DNA of 23,428 nucleotides from a virus (Duplodnaviria; Heunggongvirae; Uroviricota; Caudoviricetes): IMG/VR virus record IMGVR_UViG_2602041549_000007, positions 1 to 23,428 of that record; one strand, 5' to 3'. Shown piece by piece: positions 14,739 to 23,428 of this stretch (position 1 is its first letter; each line of letters starts with the position of its first letter). The notes under the pieces were generated by a model. It saw only the letters and a program-made list of their open reading frames with translations, ran no database searches and was not told where the DNA came from. The position numbers and the translations under genes were made by a program.

Positions 14739-16697
14739 ATGCAGGCTGGTCACCAGAGTGACGCGGATATTTATATTTATGACGAGATTGGTTTCTGGGG
14801 TGTTACAGCGAAGCAGTTTATCAGTGATCTGAATGCACTGGGCGATATCACCCACATTAATCTCCATATTAATTCACCGGGTGGCGATGTCTTTGAAGGC
14901 ATCGCCATTTTTAATGCGCTGAAAACACATGGTGCGTCCATTACCGTTTATGTCGACGGTGTGGCGGCGTCAATGGCGTCGGTCATTGCGATGGTGGGAA
15001 ACCCGGTCATTATGCCGGAAAACACCTTCATGATGATTCATAAACCATTTGGCTTTACGGGCGGTGATGCGGAGGACATGCGCACCTATGCCGACCTGCT
15101 CGATAAGGTTGAGGCGGTTCTGTTACCCGCTTATGCACAGAAAACCGGGAAAACCACCGATGAAATTGCTGCCATGCTGGCGGATGAGACCTGGATGTCC
15201 GGTGCCGAATGTCTGGCACAGGGATTTGCTGATCAGGTGACGCCAGCCGTTAAGGCAATGGCATGTATTCAGTCAAAACGTACAGAGGAATTTAAAAAGA
15301 TGCCGGAATCCATTCGAAACATGATTACTCCGCCACGCAACAGTGCTCCACGCGTACAGGATGATGAACCTGCAGCCTCCCGGACGCCAGTGCAGGCAGC
15401 AGCACCCGTGGTGGATGAAAACAGTATCCGTGCGCAGGTCCTGGCAGAGCAAAAAGCGCGTGTAAACGGTATTAATGATCTGTTTGCCATGTTTGGCGGG
15501 CGTTATCAGTCGTTGCAGGCTCAGTGTCTTGCCGATCCTGAATGTTCGCTGGAGCAGGCCCGCGAAAAGCTGTTGAACGAGATGGGGCGCGAGTCCACGC
15601 CATCCAATAAAAATACACCGGCTCATATTTATGCCGGTAACGGTAATTTTGTGGGGGACGGGATCCGCCAGGCGCTGATGGCGCGTGCCGGATTTGAAAA
15701 AACCGAACGTGATAATGTCTACAACGGGATGACCCTGCGTGAATATGCCCGTATGTCACTGACTGAACGGGGTATTGGTGTTTCCAGTTATAACCCGATG
15801 CAGATGGTCGGTGCGGCGTTCACACACAGTACGTCTGACTTCGGTAATATTCTGCTGGATGTTGCGAACAAAGCCATTCTGCAGGGCTGGGAAGATGCCC
15901 CTGAAACCTATGAACAGTGGACGCGGAAAGGTCAGTTGTCTGATTTTAAAATTGCCCATCGTGTGGGTATGGGGGGCTTCAGTGCTCTGCGTCAGGTGCG
16001 TGAAGGGGCAGAATATAAATACGTCACCACCGGAGATAAACAGGCCACTATTGCACTGGCGACCTATGGCGAGCTGTTCAGTATCACCCGTCAGGCCATT
16101 ATCAATGATGATCTGAATATGCTGACCGATGTCCCGATGAAGCTGGGCCGTGCGGCGAAATCCACTATTGCCGATCTGGTTTATGCCATTCTGACGTCTA
16201 ACCCGAAAATCTCCACAGATAATGTAAGTCTGTTCGATAAAGCGAAACATGCAAACGTACTGGAGAGCGCGGCAATGGACGTGGCATCGCTGGATAAAGC
16301 CCGCCAGTTGATGCGCGTTCAGAAAGAGGGTGAGCGTCATCTGAATATTCGTCCTGCGTTCGTACTGGTACCGACGGCGATGGAGTCTGTTGCTAACCAG
16401 GTCATTCGCTCCTCAAGTGTCAAGGGGGCTGACATTAACGCCGGTATTATTAACCCGGTGAAAGATTTTGCGACCGTTATTGCAGAGCCTCGTCTTGATG
16501 ATAACAGCCAGACCACCTTCTACCTGGCTGCGTCCAAAGGCTCCGATACGATTGAAGTGGCTTATCTCAACGGTGTGGATACGCCATATATTGATCAGAT
16601 GGAGGGCTTCAGTGTGGATGGCGTGACAACGAAAGTGCGTATTGACGCCGGTGTCGCGCCAGTTGATCACCGCGGTCTGGTGAAATGTACGGCGTAA
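14739..16697 (+). CDS. Prohead protease (ClpP-like) - major capsid protein fusion, helper prophage
   Basis: 652 aa from ATG 14739 (the tracked ORF from 14478 overlaps the portal gene); same domain architecture as 8581-10494, with a ~28-residue longer linker. Confidence 0.85.
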   Translation: MQAGHQSDADIYIYDEIGFWGVTAKQFISDLNALGDITHINLHINSPGGDVFEGIAIFNALKTHGASITVYVDGVAASMASVIAMVGNPVIMPENTFMMIHKPFGFTGGDAEDMRTYADLLDKVEAVLLPAYAQKTGKTTDEIAAMLADETWMSGAECLAQGFADQVTPAVKAMACIQSKRTEEFKKMPESIRNMITPPRNSAPRVQDDEPAASRTPVQAAAPVVDENSIRAQVLAEQKARVNGINDLFAMFGGRYQSLQAQCLADPECSLEQAREKLLNEMGRESTPSNKNTPAHIYAGNGNFVGDGIRQALMARAGFEKTERDNVYNGMTLREYARMSLTERGIGVSSYNPMQMVGAAFTHSTSDFGNILLDVANKAILQGWEDAPETYEQWTRKGQLSDFKIAHRVGMGGFSALRQVREGAEYKYVTTGDKQATIALATYGELFSITRQAIINDDLNMLTDVPMKLGRAAKSTIADLVYAILTSNPKISTDNVSLFDKAKHANVLESAAMDVASLDKARQLMRVQKEGERHLNIRPAFVLVPTAMESVANQVIRSSSVKGADINAGIINPVKDFATVIAEPRLDDNSQTTFYLAASKGSDTIEVAYLNGVDTPYIDQMEGFSVDGVTTKVRIDAGVAPVDHRGLVKCTA

Positions 16698-16720
16698 ACG
16701 TCGCAGACAACAACTCTGAT

Positions 16721-16740
16721 GGCCCGTAAGGGCTTTTTTT
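16721..16740 (+). terminator. Probable rho-independent terminator after the capsid gene
   Basis: Short GC hairpin GGCCC-gtaa-GGGC followed by TTTTTTT. Confidence 0.5.
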
Positions 16741-16783
16741 GTACCTGAAATCAGCCCCTGAACGGGGCTGTGCGGAGACAGTT

Positions 16784-17107
16784 ATGGCAAAGAATTTTGT
16801 AGAAGAAGGAAAAACGGTGGCGATTGTTGCCAGTGCAGCCATCAGCAGCGGAGATCTGGTGCAGGTGGGTGATGTTTTTGCGGTAGCGCTGACCGATATT
16901 CCACAGGGTGAAACAGGCGACGGCCTGACCGAAGGTGTGTTTATGCTGCCTAAGCTGAAAACGGATGACATGAAAACGGGTAAGAAGGTTTATCTGAAGT
17001 CCGGAAAAGTTCAGTTGACTAACAGCGGCTCTGATCCGCTGGTCGGGGTTGTCTGGGCAGATGCCGGAACCAGTGCAGAAGAAGTGCCGGTAAAACTCAA
17101 TGTCTGA
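16784..17107 (+). CDS. Small head protein (DUF2190-like; possible capsid decoration/cement protein)
   Basis: 107 aa from ATG 16784, GGAG RBS 6 nt upstream; Gly/Val-rich small protein directly after the capsid gene. Confidence 0.55.
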   Translation: MAKNFVEEGKTVAIVASAAISSGDLVQVGDVFAVALTDIPQGETGDGLTEGVFMLPKLKTDDMKTGKKVYLKSGKVQLTNSGSDPLVGVVWADAGTSAEEVPVKLNV

Positions 17108-17375
17108 TCCCTTTTCCCGGCTGGCAGCGCGTATGGATGCGATCACGGTCAGAAAGATGGGAAAGACAGCCTCGATTAATGATGTCGATATGACTGTGAT
17201 CCCGGGAGAAACACTGGCAGAGCTGAATGCTCTGTCCGGACCTGCGGTCTCTCTGGTGGTGTTTTCTTCGGGATACCGCCCACGGCGCGGGGATCGCGTT
17301 GTTTATGACGGACAACAATGGACGGTCACACGGCATGAACGCTTTAACGGTAAGTCAATGATCTTTATTGAGTAA
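17100..17375 (+). CDS. Head-tail joining protein, lambda gpFII-like
   Basis: 91 aa; PRRGDRVVYDGQQWTVTRH resembles lambda FII LRRGDTLTIGEENFWVDRV; start overlaps the upstream stop. Confidence 0.65.
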   Translation: MSDPFSRLAARMDAITVRKMGKTASINDVDMTVIPGETLAELNALSGPAVSLVVFSSGYRPRRGDRVVYDGQQWTVTRHERFNGKSMIFIE

Positions 17376-17386
17376 AGAGGTGTGGG

Positions 17387-17977
17387 ATGAAGGGGCTTGA
17401 GAATGCTATCCGCAATCTGAACAGCCTTGATACCCGTATGGTGCCACAGGCCAGCGCATGGGCGATAAACCGTGTGGCACAGAAAGCGGTCTCGGTTGCC
17501 ACCCGGCAGGTTGCCGGGAATACCGTTGCGGGAGATAACCAGGTGAAAGGGATCCCCCTGAAACTGGTACGTCAGCGTGTCCGGGTGTTTAAAGCCAGTC
17601 CGTCAGGAAAAATGACGGCCAGGATCCGCGTTAACCGGGGCAATCTGCCCGCCATCAAACTGAACACAACACGGCGGCGTGCTGGTGAAGGATTGAGAGT
17701 GGGAAAATACTTTTTCCGGGGGGCATTTATTCAGCAACTGGCGAATGGCCGCTGGCATGTTCTGAGGCGTCTTCCTGAAGCGCGTTTTGCAACAGGGCAT
17801 GACCATCAGGGCAGGCCAAGAAAAAATCGTCTTCCTGTGGAGGTAGTGAAAATCCCGCTGTCCGGACCGCTGACACAGGCATTTGAAGATGCCCGCGACC
17901 GCATCATTGCTGCGGAAATGCCGAAACAGCTGGGGTATGCACTGAAACAACAACTGAGGTTATGGCTGACCCGATGA
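17387..17977 (+). CDS. Z: Tail component, lambda gpZ-like
   Basis: 196 aa; MKGLENAIRNLN..., IRVNRGNLPAIKL, GAFIQQLANGRWHVLRR, VVKIPLSGPLTQAF, LGYALKQQLR all match lambda gpZ. Confidence 0.85.
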   Translation: MKGLENAIRNLNSLDTRMVPQASAWAINRVAQKAVSVATRQVAGNTVAGDNQVKGIPLKLVRQRVRVFKASPSGKMTARIRVNRGNLPAIKLNTTRRRAGEGLRVGKYFFRGAFIQQLANGRWHVLRRLPEARFATGHDHQGRPRKNRLPVEVVKIPLSGPLTQAFEDARDRIIAAEMPKQLGYALKQQLRLWLTR

Positions 17978-18375
17978 ATCGACATACACAAATCCGCCAG
18001 GTCGTACTGGCACGCCTTCGGGAACAGTGTGGAGACAGCGCCACGTTTTTTGACGGGCTTCCGGCATTTGTTGATGCGCAGGAACTGCCTGCCGTGGCGG
18101 TGTGGCTGAGTGATGCTCAGTACACCGGAAAAATGACGGATGAAGATGACTGGCAGGCTGTTCTGCATATTGCTGTCTTCATCCGGGCACAGGCACCGGA
18201 TTCAGAGCTGGATATGTGGATGGAGAGCACCATTTTCCCGGCCCTGAATGATGTACCGGCACTTTCCGGACTCATCGACACCCTGATCCCACTCGGTTTT
18301 AACTATCAACGTGATAATGAGATGGCCACCTGGGCGATGGCGGAAATCACGTACCAGATCACGTACACGAATTAA
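17974..18375 (+). CDS. U: Tail terminator protein, lambda gpU-like
   Basis: ATFFDGLPAFVDAQELPAVAVWLSDAQYTG...WQAVLHIAVFIRAQAPDSELDMWMES...ITYQITY matches lambda gpU; start chosen at ATG 17974 overlapping the Z stop (alternative 17962). Confidence 0.85.
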   Translation: MNRHTQIRQVVLARLREQCGDSATFFDGLPAFVDAQELPAVAVWLSDAQYTGKMTDEDDWQAVLHIAVFIRAQAPDSELDMWMESTIFPALNDVPALSGLIDTLIPLGFNYQRDNEMATWAMAEITYQITYTN

Positions 18376-18386
18376 AGGAGGTGGCA

Positions 18387-19130
18387 ATGACCACACCAAA
18401 TCCACTGGCAAAAACGAAAGGTGCGGGAACGACGTTCTGGATGTACACCGGCAAGGGCGATGCGTTTGCGAACCCTTTATCAGACACTGACTGGCTGCGT
18501 CTTGCGATGGTGAAGGATCTGCAACCTGGCGAAATGACCGCTGATGCAGAAGATGACACTTATCTCGATGATGAAGATGCAGACTGGAAAACGACAACCC
18601 AGGGGCAGAAATCCGTCGGTGATACTTCGGCGACGCTGGCCTGGCGTCCGGGTGACAGCGGGCAGAAAAAACTGGTTCAGTTGTTCGACTCCGGTGAAGT
18701 CTGCGCGTTTCGTATCAAATATCCCAACGGCACTGTTGATGTTTTCCGTGGCTGGCTGAGCTCACTGGGTAAAACCATTGCCTCAAAAGACGTGATGACC
18801 CGCACAGTGAAAATCAGCGGTGTGGGGCGTCCGTATCTGGCAGAGGAAGGCACTGAAACAGTGAGAGTTACCGGGCTGACGGTGGCACCGGCATCTGCCA
18901 GTGTAAAAGTGGGAGCAACCACCACGCTGACCTTTACAGTAAAACCTGACGGAGCCAGTGACAAAGCGATCAGTGTGCATTCGACAGATCCACAGACTGC
19001 CACGGTGACCCTGAACGGGCTTGTGGCCACGGTGAAAGGCGTGAAGCAGGGCAGTGTCAGCATTGTGGGTATGACTTCTGACGGCGATTTTGTGGCCGTG
19101 GCTGCGGTGACTGTCAGCGCAGCAGGTTAA
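18387..19130 (+). CDS. V: Major tail protein, lambda gpV-like
   Basis: TPNPLAKTKGAGTTFWMY..ANPLSD.DW..LA.VKDL.PGE..., YLDDEDADW, FPNGTVDVFRGW match lambda gpV along its length; AGGAGG RBS before ATG 18387. Confidence 0.9.
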   Translation: MTTPNPLAKTKGAGTTFWMYTGKGDAFANPLSDTDWLRLAMVKDLQPGEMTADAEDDTYLDDEDADWKTTTQGQKSVGDTSATLAWRPGDSGQKKLVQLFDSGEVCAFRIKYPNGTVDVFRGWLSSLGKTIASKDVMTRTVKISGVGRPYLAEEGTETVRVTGLTVAPASASVKVGATTTLTFTVKPDGASDKAISVHSTDPQTATVTLNGLVATVKGVKQGSVSIVGMTSDGDFVAVAAVTVSAAG

Positions 19131-19150
19131 CAGGACGATACTCATCATTT

Positions 19151-19174
19151 GCCCCGGTTATCCGGGGCTTTTTT
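19151..19174 (+). terminator. Rho-independent terminator after the major tail gene
   Basis: GCCCCGG-ttat-CCGGGGC hairpin plus TTTTTT. Confidence 0.7.
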
Positions 19175-19190
19175 GCAGGTGGAGAACATG

Positions 19191-19577
19191 ATGTTTCTGA
19201 AACAGGACACGTTTAATTATGAAAAACAGTCCGTGGTGCTCAGTGAGCTGTCCGGGCTGCAGAGAATTGAATATCTGGCGTTTGTTCAGCAGCGAACGGC
19301 AAAGTTTGATGCCGGGGAGGGAGAACTGCCGGAGGCTGAACGACAGATTGCTTTTCTGCGGATGGGGATGGATATCAATGCCTGGCTGGTTTCCCGCTCA
19401 CTGTGGAATGCGGAACAGTCTCAGGATGTTGAGACGCTTTACGCATCCGTTATTACAACATGGTCGTATGATGCCCTGGGTGCGGGGGCGGAGATGGTTC
19501 TGTCGCTGAGCGGTATGGGGGTCATTGATAATGCCGGGGATTTGGAGCATGAGGTGCTGACGCCGGAAAAGTCCTGA
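19191..19577 (+). CDS. G: Tail assembly chaperone, lambda gpG-like
   Basis: MFLKQDTFNYEKQSVVLSELSGLQRIEYLA matches lambda gpG MFLKTESFEHNGVTVTLSELSALQRIEHLA; GGAG RBS. Confidence 0.8.
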   Translation: MFLKQDTFNYEKQSVVLSELSGLQRIEYLAFVQQRTAKFDAGEGELPEAERQIAFLRMGMDINAWLVSRSLWNAEQSQDVETLYASVITTWSYDALGAGAEMVLSLSGMGVIDNAGDLEHEVLTPEKS

Positions 19578-19915
19578 CGCGGGAAATGCAGTTTGTCATG
19601 CGGCTTGCCCGGGAGTTCCGGCGGGCAGACTGGCGGCGGATGCTGTCGGAAATGTCGGCCACTGAGCTTGGTGAGTGGGGCGATTATTTCCGGATGCAGA
19701 GCTTCAGTGATGTGTGGATGGATGCGCAGTTTGCCTCGCTGAAGGCATTGATCGTGAGAATGGTGCCCGGCAGCAGTGATGCTGAGGTGGCTGATTTCAG
19801 CCTTTTACCGGAAGAGAACGGGATACCGGAGCGAACGGACGAAGAACTGATGCATCTTGGGGAAGGTATTTCCGGAGGTGTGCGTTATGGACCAGATAGC
19901 CAACCTGGTCATTGA
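19553..19915 (+). CDS. T: gpT-like extension, probably expressed as a G-T fusion by programmed -1 frameshift near the end of G
   Basis: The -1 frame is open from 19553 and overlaps the last 8 codons of G; position equivalent to lambda G/GT; candidate slip region GGAAAAG 19565-19571 (non-canonical). Confidence 0.55.
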   Translation, partial: GADAGKVLTREMQFVMRLAREFRRADWRRMLSEMSATELGEWGDYFRMQSFSDVWMDAQFASLKALIVRMVPGSSDAEVADFSLLPEENGIPERTDEELMHLGEGISGGVRYGPDSQPGH

Positions 19916-22900
19916 TTTGGGGATTGATGCGGCAGAGTTTAAAAATGAAATTCCCCGTATCAAAAACCTTCTGAATGGTGCAGCCAGCGATGCAGAACGG
20001 TCTTCTGCCCGTATGCAGCGTTTTATGGAGCGTCAGACTCAGGCCGCCCGGCAGACAATGCAGGCGGCTTCTTCGGCTGCAACAGCCGCATCCGTCCATG
20101 CGCAGACGGTGGAGAAGAGCGCACAGGCTCATGAACGCATGGCCCGCGAGGTGGAGCAAACCCGCCAGCGTATGGAGGCACTGAGCCAGAAAATGCGCGA
20201 GGAACAGGCGCAGGCCATGGCTCTGGCGGAGGCTCAGGATAAAGCGGCTGCTGCGTTTTATCGTCAGATTGACAGTGTGAAACAGGCCAGTGCGGGGCTG
20301 CAGGAATTACAGCGTATTCAGCAGCAGATCCGACAGGCCAGAAACAGTGGCGGGATTGGTCAGCAGGATTATCTGGCGCTGATTTCTGAGGTTACGGCGA
20401 AAACCCGTGTTCTTACACAGGCTGAGGAAGAGGCTACCCGACAGAAAGTGGCGTTTATCCGTCAGCTTAAAGAGCAGGCAACCCGCCAGAATCTTTCATC
20501 TTCTGAGTTGCTTCGTGCTAAGGCTGCCCAGCTGGGGGTAAGCAGTGCTGCAGAAGTGTATATCCGCAAAATGGAGCAGGCAGGAAAAGCCACGCATTCG
20601 CTGGGTCTGAAAAGTGCAGCAGCCCGCCAGGAGATAGGCGTTCTGATAGGTGAACTGGCCCGCGGCAATTTAGGGGCGCTGAGGGGATCCGGGATAACGC
20701 TGGCTAACCGTGCCGGATGGATAGACACACTGATGTCACCGAAAGGCATGATGCTGGGCGGGGTTATTGGCGGTATTGCCGCGGCTGTCTATGGTCTGGG
20801 TAAAGCCTGGTATGACGGTCAGAAGGAGGGGGAAGAATTTAACCGCCAGTTGTCGCTGACGGGGCATTATGCCGGAGTCACTGCCGGGCAGCTGTGGACG
20901 CTCAGTCGTGCTATTTCCGGGAATGGTATTACGCAACATGCTGCAGCCGGTGCGCTGGCTCAGGTGGTGGGGAGTGGTGCATTTCGTGGAAACGATATCG
21001 GTATGGTGGCGAGAGCTGCCGCACAGATGGAGCGATCGGTTGGCCAGTCGGTCAGCGATACCATAAATCAGTTTAAGCGGCTGAAGGATGATCCTGTAAA
21101 TGCCGCGAAGGCTCTGGACAATGAGCTGCATTTTCTTACTGCCACTCAGCTTGAGCAGATACGTGTCCTTGGGGATCAGGGACGGTCCAGTGATGCTGCA
21201 AGGATAGCCATGTCTGCACTGGCAGAGGAAACCGGTCGGCGTACTGCGGATATTGATAATAACCTCAATGCGCTTGGCAGTACGCTGAAGTATCTGTCTG
21301 ATTTGTGGAGTCGTTTCTGGGATGCGGCCATGAATATTGGTCGTGAAGACTCGCTGGATGAACAGATTGCCGCTTTACAGGAGAAAGTGTCGCGGGCGAA
21401 AAGACTCCCCTGGACGGCATCATCTTCTCAGGTTGAATACGATCAGCAGCGTCTTAACGATCTTCAGGAGAAAAAACGCCAGAAGGACTTACAGGATGCA
21501 AAAGAGCAGGCAGAGCGGAATTATCAGGAGCAACAGAAACGCCGTAATGCTGAAAATGCTGCACTGAACCGGATGAATGAAACGGAAGCAGCACGACATC
21601 AGCGTGAAATTGCGCGTATTAATTCCATGCAGTACGCCGATCAGGCTGTCAGGGATGCAGCGATACAACGTGAAAATGAACGTTACGAGAAAGCCCTGGC
21701 ATCCGGTAAGAAAAAAACACGCGAAACCCGTAATGATGAGGCCACCAGGTTATTGCTGCAGTACAGTCAGCAACAGGCACAGGTGGAAGGACAGATTGCT
21801 GCTGCAAGACAGTCAGCAGGCATTGCCACTGAAAAGATGACAGAAGCGCATAAACAGCTTCTGGCTCTGCAGCAGCGCATCAGCGATCTGGACGGGAAAA
21901 AACTGACGGCAGATGAAAAGAGTGTGCTGGCCCGTAAAGATGAACTGATTCAGGCACTGACGCTGCTGGATGTAAAACAGCAGGAGCTTCAGAAACAGAC
22001 GGCACTCAACGATCTGAAGAAAAAAACAATTCAGCTGACCAGTCAACTGGCTGAAGAAGAGCGCGCTCAGCTTCAGCAACATGACCTGGATATCGCCACG
22101 GTGGGTATGGGTGATCAGCAGCGGCAGCGATATCAGGTACAACTGAGTCTTCGCCAGAAATACCAGCAACAGCTGGAGCAGTTGAGGCGGGATAGTGAGC
22201 AGAAAGGGACATATAACACGGATGACTACAGAAAGGCCGAGCAGGCGCTGACGGAGAGCCTGAACCGACAACTGAATGAGAATCGCCGTTACTGGCAACA
22301 GCTTGAAGTTGTGCAGGGTAACTGGAAAAACGGAGTCCTGCGTGCATTTCAGGATTTTACCGTGGATGCAGACAATACGGCAGGAACAGCAGAACAGGTG
22401 TTCTCGTCAGCCTTCAGCAACATGGGAAATGGCCTGGCAACTTTTGTCACTACCGGCAAACTCAACTTCAAATCCTTCACCTCTTCGGTGCTGTCAGATA
22501 TGGCGAAAATCCTGGCGCAGGCAACCATGATGAAATCGATAAAAGGGATTGGCAGTGTACTGGGATTTGATCTCAGCAGCCTTTCCCTGAATGCCAATGG
22601 GGGGATTTATCAGTCTGCTGATTTGAGTCGTTACAGTGGCACGGTGGTTAACCGTCCGACGTTTTTTGCTTTTGCAAAAGGCGCGGGTGTGATGGGGGAA
22701 GCTGGACCTGAAGCCATTCTGCCACTGCGTCGTGGTGCTGACGGTAAGCTGGGGGTTGTGGCGGATATTGGTGGTTCAGGTATGGCGATGTTTGCCCCGC
22801 AGTACAACATCGAGATCAATAACGATGGCACGAACGGGCAGATAGGTCCGGCTGCCCTGAAGGTGGTTTATGACCTTGGGAAAAAAGCGGCAGCGGACTT

Positions 22901-22952
22901 TATGCAACAGCAGGCCCGTGATGGTGGTCGGTTAAGTGGAGCATATCGGTAA
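19887..22952 (+). CDS. H: Tail tape measure protein, lambda gpH-like
   Basis: 1021 aa, long Ala/Gln/Glu/Arg-rich coiled-coil-like region, directly after G/T and before the M-like gene; GGAGG RBS 8 nt before ATG 19887 (the tracked ORF from 19857 is over-extended). Confidence 0.85.
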   Translation: MDQIANLVIDLGIDAAEFKNEIPRIKNLLNGAASDAERSSARMQRFMERQTQAARQTMQAASSAATAASVHAQTVEKSAQAHERMAREVEQTRQRMEALSQKMREEQAQAMALAEAQDKAAAAFYRQIDSVKQASAGLQELQRIQQQIRQARNSGGIGQQDYLALISEVTAKTRVLTQAEEEATRQKVAFIRQLKEQATRQNLSSSELLRAKAAQLGVSSAAEVYIRKMEQAGKATHSLGLKSAAARQEIGVLIGELARGNLGALRGSGITLANRAGWIDTLMSPKGMMLGGVIGGIAAAVYGLGKAWYDGQKEGEEFNRQLSLTGHYAGVTAGQLWTLSRAISGNGITQHAAAGALAQVVGSGAFRGNDIGMVARAAAQMERSVGQSVSDTINQFKRLKDDPVNAAKALDNELHFLTATQLEQIRVLGDQGRSSDAARIAMSALAEETGRRTADIDNNLNALGSTLKYLSDLWSRFWDAAMNIGREDSLDEQIAALQEKVSRAKRLPWTASSSQVEYDQQRLNDLQEKKRQKDLQDAKEQAERNYQEQQKRRNAENAALNRMNETEAARHQREIARINSMQYADQAVRDAAIQRENERYEKALASGKKKTRETRNDEATRLLLQYSQQQAQVEGQIAAARQSAGIATEKMTEAHKQLLALQQRISDLDGKKLTADEKSVLARKDELIQALTLLDVKQQELQKQTALNDLKKKTIQLTSQLAEEERAQLQQHDLDIATVGMGDQQRQRYQVQLSLRQKYQQQLEQLRRDSEQKGTYNTDDYRKAEQALTESLNRQLNENRRYWQQLEVVQGNWKNGVLRAFQDFTVDADNTAGTAEQVFSSAFSNMGNGLATFVTTGKLNFKSFTSSVLSDMAKILAQATMMKSIKGIGSVLGFDLSSLSLNANGGIYQSADLSRYSGTVVNRPTFFAFAKGAGVMGEAGPEAILPLRRGADGKLGVVADIGGSGMAMFAPQYNIEINNDGTNGQIGPAALKVVYDLGKKAAADFMQQQARDGGRLSGAYR

Positions 22953-23281
22953 TGGAGACGTTTCACTGGAAAGTGCGCCCGGATATGAATGTGGTATCAG
23001 AGCCGAAAGTGGTGACAGTGAAGCTGGGCGATGGTTATGAACAGCGTCGTGCGGCGGGACTGAATAACCAGTTGTCGACTTACAGCGTGACGATACGTGT
23101 TCGTAAATGTGAACACCCATCTTTAAAAGCCTTTCTGGAACGGCACGGTGGCGTCCGCGCATTTCAGTGGACGCCACCTTATGACTGGAAGCCGATCAGG
23201 GTGGTTTGTCGTAAATGGTCGGCAAGCGTGGGGGCGCTGTGGGTAACCATAACGGCAGATTTTGAACAGGTCGTGGCATAG
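22952..23281 (+). CDS. M: Minor tail protein, lambda gpM-like
   Basis: 109 aa; METFHWKVRPDM..., KLGDGYEQRRAAGLNNQLSTYSVT, ERHGGVRAFQWTPPYDWKPIRVVCRKWS, ADFEQVV match lambda gpM closely; TAATG overlap with the tape measure stop. Confidence 0.9.
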   Translation: METFHWKVRPDMNVVSEPKVVTVKLGDGYEQRRAAGLNNQLSTYSVTIRVRKCEHPSLKAFLERHGGVRAFQWTPPYDWKPIRVVCRKWSASVGALWVTITADFEQVVA

Positions 23282-23290
23282 GAGGCCCTG

Positions 23291-23428
23291 ATGCAGGATA
23301 TTTCACAGGAAACACATCATGAGACGACACGCCTTACTCAGTCAGCCCAGGTGGTGCTCTGGGAAATCGATCTGACAGAGGTCGGTGGTGAACGTTATTT
23401 TTTCTGTAATGAGCAGAACGAAAAAGGT
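23291..23428 (+). CDS. L: Minor tail protein, lambda gpL-like (5' part; runs off the window end)
   Basis: MQDISQETHHETTRLTQSAQVVLWEIDLTEVGGERYFFCNEQNEKG is near-identical to the lambda gpL N-terminus. Confidence 0.9.
   Translation, partial: MQDISQETHHETTRLTQSAQVVLWEIDLTEVGGERYFFCNEQNEKG

Noticed and set aside
15756-16340. 194-aa minus-strand ORF inside the helper capsid gene
   Set aside because: Lies entirely antisense to a well-supported capsid gene; the same applies to other long antisense ORFs such as 6089-6607, 4480-4986 and 21813-22298.
10695-16697. Tracked ORF N-terminal extensions (terS2 from 10695, portal from 13145, helper capsid from 14478, tape measure from 19857)
   Set aside because: Extensions overlap upstream genes or lack an RBS; internal ATGs with Shine-Dalgarno sequences and homologue-consistent N-termini were used instead.

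Overview
This window is the head and tail morphogenesis region of a lambda-like prophage, all on the + strand: Nu1-like terS, gpA-like terL, W, portal, a protease-major capsid fusion, FII-like, Z, U, V, G/T, tape measure H, M and the start of L. The terL gene is split after codon 330 by a ~10.3 kb integrative element (1558-11898) flanked by a 7-bp direct repeat (CTGGATG). The insert reads as a phage satellite (PICI/P4-like). It carries a P4-type tyrosine integrase with an in-frame TGA at a conserved Trp codon, AlpA, a Bro-N protein, a leftward ribbon-helix-helix regulator with three operator repeats, several small ORFs, a RepA/AAA-type replication protein followed by an iteron array, and an SSB-like protein. 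It then carries a packaging/capsid block: two lambda-type cos sites in direct orientation, a second protease-capsid fusion gene and a second Nu1-type terS (diverged paralogues of the helper genes), and a short ORF whose N-terminus resembles a TerL N-terminus. I found no rRNA, tRNA, CRISPR array or recognisable defence system; the novelty is in the satellite's architecture and insertion site. All calls come from reading the sequence and from remembered family features (lambda proteins and the lambda cos sequence recalled from memory); no database search or alignment program was run, and identities quoted are by-eye estimates.
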